From an uncultured Planctomycetaceae bacterium (GTDB taxonomy: Bacteria; Planctomycetota; Planctomycetia; Planctomycetales; Planctomycetaceae): DNA of 64,000 nt. The DNA lies in contig CAWFGE010000022.1 of assembly GCA_963815195.1 (NCBI GenBank), forward strand, positions 96,001-160,000. The letters run 5' to 3'. Shown in pieces: positions 56,261-64,000 of this stretch. A program made the translations under genes and the position numbers. A model generated the notes under the pieces. The model worked only from the letters and a program-made list of their open reading frames with translations, was not told the DNA's origin and did no database searches. Each line of letters opens with the position of its first letter. The first letter of the stretch is position 1.

Positions 56261-58245
56261 GGCGTCTCCTTGGGTGGTTTTTCGGCCGAAGCGGGATGAT
56301 TGAGCCAGGCTTCTACGGTGTGGGCGAGAGAATTTTCGCCCGCGGATAATTTCCAGATTTCGACGAACTCGTTGCCGTCGGCGGCGAACAGCAAACTTCC
56401 ATCGCGGCTGAAGGCGACGGCGAACACGTCATCGGTGCCTCCCAGTCGGCGTTCGATTTCCCGCCGATCCAAGTTCCAAATGTTGACGTTCCCGGTCTGA
56501 AGCCCGGCCGCGAGAAGATTGCCGTCGGCGGAACACGCCACCGGCCGCGCGGCGAGGCCGTTGCGGAGGGTGAGCGATTCCCGGAGGCCGTTGACGTCGT
56601 ACATTTGCAGAATGCCATCTTGCGACAGAGAACACAACCGCGAGCCGCCGGGCGTGAACGTCAGCGAGCGCACCGCGTGGGTGTGGTTGTCGAACTGGGC
56701 CAGCTTCGTGCCGTCGGCGGCATCGTGAATCACCACCCGCCCCGGTGTGCGTTCGGTCCATTCGCCGCTGCACGAAGCGAGCTTGGTGCCGTCGGGCGAG
56801 AAGATCACATCGTACACCGGCAACCCATGCTCGCTAAGTTTGCGGACGGGTTTGCCGTCGGGCAATGAGAACACATCGAGGGCCGGATGCCTCGAGTAGC
56901 CCACGGCCAACTGTTTGCCGTCGGGCGAGATCGCCAGGCAGCGGAGATTATCCGCCAATTCCAGCGTCGAGGAGACTTTGCCGGTGTCGGCGTTCCAGAT
57001 CGTGATGTTTTTGCTGCGCCAACTCGCGACGGCGAGGAGTTTGCCGTCCGGCGAATATTCCAGGCAATCCGCGGTGGAATCGAAGCCTTCCAGAACCCGG
57101 CTCTGTTGCCCGGTCGAGAGATCCCAAAGTTCCACAAACCCACCCTGCCCGCCGACGGCGAGCGTGCGGCCGACCGGCGACAGCGACAGCGACCAGACTT
57201 TGCCCGCCGGGATCGGGAGCCTGGCAAACAGCGGTTCCAATGGCAATCGCGCGGTCCAGGCTTGAATGCTGCCATCGAGGCCGGCGGTGTAGAGCGTTTT
57301 GTCGTCGGCCGAGACCGCGAGGCCCATCAGCATGTCTTCGTGCCCGTTGAGATTTTGCAGCCGTTTCCCGTCAGCAACCGACCAGGTCTTGACCCGGCCG
57401 CCCCGCGTGCCCGCCAGCACCGACAAGCCGTCCGGCGAGAACGTCGCCGTTTGCGGCCGGGTTTCCGGTTCGTCCGGGCCGACGATGGTGAAAGACTGCT
57501 CGGCCTTCTGGGTCTTCCGATCCCAGATTTGAACTTTGCCTTCTTCGGGAACGGTCAGGAGTTTTTTCCCGTCCGGCGAGAAGGCCACCGCTTGGATGCG
57601 ATCTGTTTGCGCGGGCAGAAGTTCCTGATGCTCGCCGGTCTTCACGTTCCAGGACCTCACCGTGCCATCGTCGCCCGAAGACGCGAGCGTTTCGCCGTCC
57701 GGCGAGAACGCGAGCGTCCGCACGGTCCCGGCGTGGCCTTCCCAGCGGGCTTTTTGCACGCCCGTTTTCGCGTCCCAGAGGCGGATCGTGCAATCGTAAC
57801 CCGCGGAAGCGAGCGAGGAGCCCGCGGGCGAAAACGCGAGCGAGGTGATCCAGTTCGTATGCCCGCTGAGCGTGAATTGCAGCCGACCCGAAGGCAGATG
57901 CCACAACCGAACTTGGCCGTCGAACCCGGCACTCGCGAGAAAGTCGCCCGACGGGGCAAACGTCACGGCGGACACATTTCCGTCATGTCCGGACAAGACC
58001 TGCTCGATTTTTTGGGTGATGGTGTTTCGCAGGAGAACCCGCCCGTCATCCGTGCCCGCGGCGAGGAGTTTTCCGTTCGGGGACACCGCCAGCGACCACA
58101 AGCCCGGCCCCGACCGCGCGAGGGCCTTGGGAGCGGGTTCGTATTCCACCGGGCTCGCGTCGTCGGCCAACACGCGAGCCGCCCCGCTCAAACAACACAC
58201 CCACCCCAACAAGAGAAAACCAGTGGCGGCGGCAAACCGGGCCAT
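56257..58245 (-). CDS. Exported WD40-repeat protein (about 14 repeats)
   Basis: Signal peptide; repeated GH...V..LAFSPDG..LAS.G.D..V..W. Confidence 0.93.
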   Translation of the reverse strand: MARFAAATGFLLLGWVCCLSGAARVLADDASPVEYEPAPKALARSGPGLWSLAVSPNGKLLAAGTDDGRVLLRNTITQKIEQVLSGHDGNVSAVTFAPSGDFLASAGFDGQVRLWHLPSGRLQFTLSGHTNWITSLAFSPAGSSLASAGYDCTIRLWDAKTGVQKARWEGHAGTVRTLAFSPDGETLASSGDDGTVRSWNVKTGEHQELLPAQTDRIQAVAFSPDGKKLLTVPEEGKVQIWDRKTQKAEQSFTIVGPDEPETRPQTATFSPDGLSVLAGTRGGRVKTWSVADGKRLQNLNGHEDMLMGLAVSADDKTLYTAGLDGSIQAWTARLPLEPLFARLPIPAGKVWSLSLSPVGRTLAVGGQGGFVELWDLSTGQQSRVLEGFDSTADCLEYSPDGKLLAVASWRSKNITIWNADTGKVSSTLELADNLRCLAISPDGKQLAVGYSRHPALDVFSLPDGKPVRKLSEHGLPVYDVIFSPDGTKLASCSGEWTERTPGRVVIHDAADGTKLAQFDNHTHAVRSLTFTPGGSRLCSLSQDGILQMYDVNGLRESLTLRNGLAARPVACSADGNLLAAGLQTGNVNIWNLDRREIERRLGGTDDVFAVAFSRDGSLLFAADGNEFVEIWKLSAGENSLAHTVEAWLNHPASAEKPPKETP

Positions 58246-58702
58246 TCCGAAGTTTCCTTAAAGCAGTGGTGTCGAACGACGGGAAGGGAACTCTGATAGA
58301 GTGATTCGCCCGAGACGCGAATTTGTTTACGAAAAAACCAAATCTTGCGGAATTTGCTCTCAGTCGGTTACCGTTTCCAGGGAATCCGGCGAGCCGGGGA
58401 TCCCGCGTCTTGCGTTCCCTGGTCTCTGACCTCCGAAAGGTTATACTCGAACATCAAGGGATTGGTTTTAGACAAATTGTCTTTCTTCCCCCTATCTCAC
58501 CCGGAATACGGCGAGAATTCAAGAACGGATCTCCCGCTTTTTTGGAATTGGGGCAATTTGTGGTTTTGACCCAATGGCGGGCAGTGGGCGGGGATGCCAA
58601 CAGGAATCCATTTGGCGGAAAGAGTGTGAGGCAGGACCGAGTTCCGAAACAGGAGGCGGATCTCAGGCGGGAGGCCGAAAGGAAATCAGCGGGATTCGCC
58701 GC

Positions 58703-58807
58703 TCAAAGATGCGGCTCGCGAGTCGCCATGTAAAAGAACATCGCCCCGCTGAAAAGGGACAACGAATAAATGGTGAGCATTTCCGGATCGAAGAAATGAG
58801 ACAACAT
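58703..58807 (-). CDS. Putative 34-aa single-TM small protein
   Basis: GGGAGGAAG SD upstream of ATG; MLSHFFDPEMLTIYSLSLFSGAMFFYMATREPHL. Confidence 0.45.
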   Translation of the reverse strand: MLSHFFDPEMLTIYSLSLFSGAMFFYMATREPHL

Positions 58808-59061
58808 ATTAACTCTTCCTCCCTGAATCTGAATGAATGACAACTGGCCATTCGGATATACGACGGCTGGCCGGCGGGTTTTCATCCGATTCAAAAAAAT
58901 TTCGCCCCGAGCAGCGAACGCAATTCGGATGCCAAACCTGAGTGAACAACCTTAAGTATCTTAGATATAGTGACTTACGAAGATTCCCATAAAGAAACGC
59001 CCTGCCAAATTCCTTGAAATCGGCAGCGGATTGATTGATGAACCTCCAAACTGGCAGAACA

Positions 59062-59874
59062 ATGCGCAACTTCTTGAGATTCACTCCGACTGGAATGATT
59101 TGCCTGACCGTACTATGTTTTGCGACCGTGGCTTCCGCGGGCGAAGGCACAGAGAAAACCGAATGGGGCACGCTCACCGGGCGGTTTGTGTACGACGGCG
59201 TTCCGCCGAAGCGTGAACCGGTGGAACTCAACAAGGACCTGGAGTTCTGCGGGCCGCTTAAGCCTTTGGACGAGGAATTGATCGTGGACCCCAAATCGCG
59301 GGGCGTTAAAAACGTCGTGCTCTGGCTGGAGCCGAAATCCGATCAGAAGCCGCCGGTGCATCCGGATTATCAAAAGTCGGCGGATGACAAGGTCCGGCTG
59401 GACAATGCCGAGTGCCGATTCGATCCGCACATCTGCGTGCTGCGGACTTCGCAGACGCTCATCATCGGCAACAAGGACAAGATCAACCACCAGGCGGCGG
59501 TGTTCTTCTTTGGCAACGATCCCTTCAACGAAAGCATCCCGCCCGGACAGACGGTGGAAAAGAAACTCACCAAGTCCGAAAGCCTGCCCGCCAAAGTCGC
59601 CTGCCCGATTCACGCCTGGATGTCGGGGTACATCATCGTCAAGGATCAACCCTACGTGGCCGTCACCGATCAGGAAGGGAAATTCGAACTCAAAAACTTG
59701 CCGGTGGGAGAATGGACAATCCGCGTCTGGCACGAAAAACCGGGCTACATCAAACAGGCCACGGTCTCGGGCGAACAAAAAACCTGGACCGCCGGCCGCG
59801 TCAGTGTTTCCATACAGCCTGGCATCAACGCCTGGGGCGACATCCAATTGTCCCCGGCGCTGTTCAAGAAATAA
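59062..59874 (+). CDS. Exported hypothetical protein with cupredoxin-like and carboxypeptidase-regulatory-like segments
   Basis: WGTLTGRF, LDNAECRFDPH, N.D...H, CPIHAWM, HPY-like QPYVAVTD.EGKF..KNLPVG, WHE. Confidence 0.75.
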   Translation: MRNFLRFTPTGMICLTVLCFATVASAGEGTEKTEWGTLTGRFVYDGVPPKREPVELNKDLEFCGPLKPLDEELIVDPKSRGVKNVVLWLEPKSDQKPPVHPDYQKSADDKVRLDNAECRFDPHICVLRTSQTLIIGNKDKINHQAAVFFFGNDPFNESIPPGQTVEKKLTKSESLPAKVACPIHAWMSGYIIVKDQPYVAVTDQEGKFELKNLPVGEWTIRVWHEKPGYIKQATVSGEQKTWTAGRVSVSIQPGINAWGDIQLSPALFKK

Positions 59875-60068
59875 ATTGGCGCGTGTGTGCGTGAACTTGT
59901 TTTGCCCCGTTGGGGCAAGAGGATATAAATGAGCCCATCCGGTTCGGGAAGATCCTTCCGAAAATCCGATTCACCGGACAGAGCCGCGTAAAGTTTAGCG
60001 AGTCGCACTCCCCTCTTCGACAACGTTGTTCTTGTTTTTCGATTCTATTACCGAGAAAGATTGACACC

Positions 60069-61247
60069 ATGAGAATGACTGCCAGTTTGTTGTTTATTGC
60101 AACCTCTTTCTTCGCGGGCGAGGTTCAGGGGGCGGTGGATGAATCGCCGCTGCCGTTTAAGACCGTGGGCGCGTTTCCCGAGTTGCGGTTCGATCGGCCG
60201 ATCGTCGTCACCGCGCCCCAAGACGGCACGAACCGCCTGTTCGTCGCCGGCCAGAAGGGCCACATCCACGTGTTTCCCAACGATCAATCGGTCGAAGAAG
60301 CCCCCCTGTTTCTCGATATCACCTCCAAGGTGGTTTACAAGGACAAAGAAAACGAAGAGGGGCTGTTGGGCTTTGCGTTTCATCCGGACTACAAACAAAA
60401 CGGCGAGTTCTATATCTATTACACCACGACCGATGCACCGCACACTTCGGTGATTTCGCGGTTCCGCGTGTCGAAGGACGATCCCAACAAAGCCGACGCC
60501 GACTTCGAAGAAGAGGTGATGCGGATCAAGCAGCCCTTCTGGAACCACAACGGCGGCACGATCGAGTTCGGTCCCGACGGCTATCTCTATGTGGGCTTAG
60601 GCGACGGCGGCAAGGCGAACGATCCCTTCAAGAACGGCCAGAACCTGGAAACGTTGTTGGGGTCCATCCTGCGGATCGACGTGGATCACAAAGATCCCGG
60701 CAAAGGCTACGCCATCCCCAAAGACAACCCGTTCGTGGGCAAGAAAAACGCCCGCCCGGAAATCTGGGCCTATGGTCTTCGCAACGTGTGGCGGCTGTCG
60801 TTCGACCGCAAGACCGGCACGCTCTGGGCCGGCGATGTCGGACAGGATCTCTGGGAAGAAATCGACATCATCAAAAAAGGCGGCAACTACGGCTGGAACG
60901 TCCGCGAAGCTTTGCATCCCTTCCCGCCCGGCAGCCGATCCTCCAAGGACGGGTTTATCGATCCCATCTGGGAATACCACCACACCATCGGCAAATCGAT
61001 CACGGGCGGCCTGGTCTATCGCGGCAAGAAGTATCCGAAGCTCCAGGGCTACTACATCTACGGCGATTACGTCAGCGGCAAGATCTGGGGCCTCAAGTAT
61101 GACGAGAAGACCAAAGCCGTGACCGCCAACCGCCCCATCGCCAGCAATAAACTGCCGGTGATGTCCTTCGGCGAAGACGCGAACGGGGAAATCTACCTCA
61201 CCAACCAGTTCGGCGTCCTGTTCACCCTCGCCCCGGCGGATGAGTAA
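60069..61247 (+). CDS. PQQ-dependent sugar dehydrogenase (GSDH/sorbosone family)
   Basis: EEGLLGFAFHP, NHNGG..FGPDGYLY..GDGG, GLRNVWR.SFD, DVGQ..WEEI, GGNYGW. Confidence 0.9.
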   Translation: MRMTASLLFIATSFFAGEVQGAVDESPLPFKTVGAFPELRFDRPIVVTAPQDGTNRLFVAGQKGHIHVFPNDQSVEEAPLFLDITSKVVYKDKENEEGLLGFAFHPDYKQNGEFYIYYTTTDAPHTSVISRFRVSKDDPNKADADFEEEVMRIKQPFWNHNGGTIEFGPDGYLYVGLGDGGKANDPFKNGQNLETLLGSILRIDVDHKDPGKGYAIPKDNPFVGKKNARPEIWAYGLRNVWRLSFDRKTGTLWAGDVGQDLWEEIDIIKKGGNYGWNVREALHPFPPGSRSSKDGFIDPIWEYHHTIGKSITGGLVYRGKKYPKLQGYYIYGDYVSGKIWGLKYDEKTKAVTANRPIASNKLPVMSFGEDANGEIYLTNQFGVLFTLAPADE

Positions 61248-61353
61248 TGGCGGGTGGTTAACGTTGGCATCCGGGTTCGCGGGGTGGTACAACGGTGTTG
61301 GTTTCTTGGGAAGCCGACGCCGTTTTTCTTTTTGCACTTCGGAGGGTTTTCGC

Positions 61354-62691
61354 ATGCTCAATCGACGACATTTTCTCAAGACTTCGACCACCGCGCTTGC
61401 GGCCGCGACCTTCGCGGCCCCGGCGTTTGTGCGGGGGCAGAACCTCAACTCCAAGCTGCAAATGGCCGGCATCGGCTGCGACGGCAAAGGCTGGTCGGAC
61501 ATCAGCGAGATGGCGAGCCACCGGGGCGTGCAGCACGTCGCGTTTTGCGACATCGACACCGCCCGGATGGAGAAGGTGCAAAAGCTCGCCCCCGATGCGC
61601 CCAGGTTTCAGGATTACCGCGAGATGCTCGCGAAGTTGGGCGACAAGATCGACGCCGTCACCGTCTCCACGCCCGACCACATGCACGCTTTCATCACGCT
61701 CGACGCCCTCCGCGCCGGCAAGCACGTTTATTGCCAAAAACCGCTGACCCACAACGTCGTCGAAGCGCGGCAAGTCCGGCTGCAAGCCGGCAAGTCGGGC
61801 CGCATCACCCGGCTCGGGAATCAAATCCATTCGCACACCTTCTACCGCACGGCGGTGCGGGAAATCCAGAACGGGACCATCGGCAAAGTGAAGCAGGTGC
61901 ATTCCTGGTGTGCCGCGACCGGCCACGGAAAATCCTTCCACATCTCCCGCCCCACGCATCCGCCCGCCGTCCCGAGTTCCGTCGATTGGAACCTGTGGAT
62001 CGGCGTCGCGCCCATGCGGCCTTACGGCGGCGATAAGGTGTACCATCCCTGGGGCTGGCGGGATTGGCAGGACTTCGGCAACGGCGCTTTGGGCGACTTC
62101 GGCTGCCATATTCTCGATCCCGTATTCACCGCGCTCGAAATCACCGAAGCCCCGACCGAGTTCACCGCCGACCACACCGGCATGAACGATGAAGTCTGGC
62201 CCGCCCAGACCACGGTGAAGTACCAGTTCCCCGGCACGAAGTACACGACGGGCAAAGCGCTTCCGATCACCTGGTACGACGGCGGATTGCTCCCGAGCGT
62301 CGGCGGCTCGCACGTCCCGGCGACGACGGCCCTCCCGCGGAGCGGTTCGCTGTTCATCGGCGACGAAGGCAGCCTCGTCCTGCCCCACATCGGATCGCCC
62401 AGGCTTTATCCCGAAAAGAAATTCGCCGATTACGAAGTCAAACCCGCCGAGAATCTGAACCATTACCACGGCTGGGTGGATGGCTGCCTCAGCGGCAAGC
62501 AGCCCAGCGACGGTTTCGAATACGGCGGCAAGCTGACCGAAGCGGTGCTGTTAGGGAACATCGCCGTCCGCTACCGCACGCAAAAGCTCACCTGGAACGC
62601 CGAGGACATGCAGATCACCAACCTCCCCGAAGCCAACCACTGGCTCACCCGAAACTATCGCGAAGGCTGGGAAATCGCCCCGGTGGCGTGA
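61354..62691 (+). CDS. Gfo/Idh/MocA family oxidoreductase with Tat signal
   Basis: NRRHFLK; STPDHMH, GKHVYCQKPL, WRDWQDFGNGALGDFGCH. Confidence 0.93.
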   Translation: MLNRRHFLKTSTTALAAATFAAPAFVRGQNLNSKLQMAGIGCDGKGWSDISEMASHRGVQHVAFCDIDTARMEKVQKLAPDAPRFQDYREMLAKLGDKIDAVTVSTPDHMHAFITLDALRAGKHVYCQKPLTHNVVEARQVRLQAGKSGRITRLGNQIHSHTFYRTAVREIQNGTIGKVKQVHSWCAATGHGKSFHISRPTHPPAVPSSVDWNLWIGVAPMRPYGGDKVYHPWGWRDWQDFGNGALGDFGCHILDPVFTALEITEAPTEFTADHTGMNDEVWPAQTTVKYQFPGTKYTTGKALPITWYDGGLLPSVGGSHVPATTALPRSGSLFIGDEGSLVLPHIGSPRLYPEKKFADYEVKPAENLNHYHGWVDGCLSGKQPSDGFEYGGKLTEAVLLGNIAVRYRTQKLTWNAEDMQITNLPEANHWLTRNYREGWEIAPVA

Positions 62692-63999
62692 TGGGCCTTT
62701 GCGATCCTTTTCGTTGTGTTGAGTTCCAAGCCCAAAGGCCGCAAAGCACCGCTCAGCGGAGGGCCGGGTCCGAAGAGCCGGAAACGGCTTGGCTCGGCTT
62801 GCCGTCCCGATTGGTGTTTTGTGGCCTTTCCAATTCCGGCGCGCGGCCGGCGACCATCGGTCGAACAATTCTTGGAACAGGTCTCGTGTGCCTCGGTCCT
62901 CCTCCGGCCTGTTGCCCCGGGCGGGAGTAAAGACCGTGCGCGCGATGTGCCAACCCAAGGCGCGATAACTTTCGAACTGGGATTCGCTGAACCATTGGTT
63001 GGTTGTCGATTGGTGCGGGAAGAGCGGGTTCGCCGCCCGGTAGTTAAGAACGTCCTGCGGCTCGTCGCCGGTGAGGCTCGGTTTGATATAGATCAAGATC
63101 CCTTCATTGCATTCCGGCCGGAAACGCGACGGCTCGGATTCCGACTCGGCGGACGGCGGTTCTGGACGGCACGCGGCGGCACAATCGACCTCGCCGTAAC
63201 AGATTCGCCCAATCGCCACGTGGCAGGCGCAGGATCCGGAAGCGGCTTCCGGCGTGATTTTTTGCGTGTTGATTTCGATTTGGATTCCAAAATCCACCCG
63301 GACTTTGCGGATCACGCTCGCGAGGTCGGCGAACGTGAAATCGGGATCGGCGCCGGAATCGCAGGCCACGATATACCGGCAGCGGCGGCGGATCAATTCA
63401 TAGAGCCCCAGGTTGTCGAAGTGTCCGCCGTCCGACAGGTACACAAAGTTCTGATCGGCATTGGTGAGCCCCAGCAGCTCGTTTTTGAGGTATTTCAGCA
63501 GGTTCTGTGGTCCGACGTTTTTCCAAGCGCGAAATCTGGGGTTTCCCAGCCACGCCCCCAGCCGCAGGTTGAAGATCGTCAATAGCGCCGAGACGGGGCG
63601 GTAAGAATGATAGCCCATGTTGGGGCTGACCGCGGCACCGGAGATGGAGACGGCCTGCGCGACGGTAATCCCGCCGGCGTAGGCTTGCGTGGGCGCATAG
63701 CCCGTGGTAAGGCTGCCGCAATAAAAGGGAGTGAACGTGAACGACTCGGCCATGCGTTCCCGCCACGCCAGTTCGCCGCCTTCCACGAGATTCAAGGCCG
63801 TCGAAAGAACGGGGATGGGGCCGACGTAGTCGTTCTCATAGGGAATCGCTCCAAGCCGGTTCTGAAGGCATTTGAGCCGCCACCAATTCTGCAGACGGCA
63901 AAACCAGCGAGCATACCACGCGACGTTCCCCAAGCCATTTTGGCGGGATTTCACTTCCTCGATGACCTGCTTAAGCGTTTCGCGCCTTGCGTCCGCCCG
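62551..63999 (-). CDS. Patatin/cPLA2-like phospholipase, C-terminal part (5' end outside window; true stop may be 62753)
   Basis: ISGAAVSPNMG, FNLRLG.W..NP, YLSDGGHFDNLG, FPHQST.NQWFSESQFESYRALG; frame open to window edge. Confidence 0.82.
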   Translation of the reverse strand, partial: RADARRETLKQVIEEVKSRQNGLGNVAWYARWFCRLQNWWRLKCLQNRLGAIPYENDYVGPIPVLSTALNLVEGGELAWRERMAESFTFTPFYCGSLTTGYAPTQAYAGGITVAQAVSISGAAVSPNMGYHSYRPVSALLTIFNLRLGAWLGNPRFRAWKNVGPQNLLKYLKNELLGLTNADQNFVYLSDGGHFDNLGLYELIRRRCRYIVACDSGADPDFTFADLASVIRKVRVDFGIQIEINTQKITPEAASGSCACHVAIGRICYGEVDCAAACRPEPPSAESESEPSRFRPECNEGILIYIKPSLTGDEPQDVLNYRAANPLFPHQSTTNQWFSESQFESYRALGWHIARTVFTPARGNRPEEDRGTRDLFQELFDRWSPAARRNWKGHKTPIGTASRAKPFPALRTRPSAERCFAAFGLGTQHNEKDRKGPSRHRGDFPAFAIVSGEPVVGFGEVGDLHVLGVPGELLRAVADGDVP

Positions 64000-64000
64000 T

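Overview
GC-rich bacterial DNA, very likely Planctomycetota (Planctomycetaceae-like), judged from two DUF1559 (prepilin-like/H-X9-DG) genes, a DUF1501 gene and a DUF1549/DUF1553 gene. About 40 genes are present: two RND efflux loci (one with a CusRS-like two-component pair and a divergent TolC), an esterase-sulfatase fusion, serA, mlaEFD-lspA, a GldA/GldF-GldG/DUF4340 ABC module, pgsA-rimO, a CLC-CBS transporter, sucA-sucB-lpdA, an MFS carrier, a WD40-DUF1549/1553-DUF1501-EF-hand-DUF1559 cluster and several periplasmic oxidoreductases. I found no rRNA, tRNA, CRISPR array, integrase or transposase. About 12 single-base frameshifts cluster between 9.7 and 34.6 kb and hit conserved genes such as rimO, so they are most likely read/assembly indels. 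Intergenic DNA carries at least six palindromic repeat families (fixed-length REPIN-like doublets, a nested-hairpin MITE-like element, a tandemly amplified REP arm), and two REPs are translated in frame inside N-termini. Best candidate for an undescribed system: a Cys-rich, probably exported leader protein ending in PETPPP, whose Pro-region codons are perfectly complementary to the Shine-Dalgarno of the downstream DUF1559 gene. This resembles the CutF/CruR type of metal-responsive ribosome-stalling switch, here on a planctomycete DUF1559 gene (mechanism inferred, not shown). Also notable: a CLC gene bracketed by a duplicated 70-bp promoter, and an orphan synonymous copy of a DUF1559 3' end. 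Family names come from motif recognition, not database searches.
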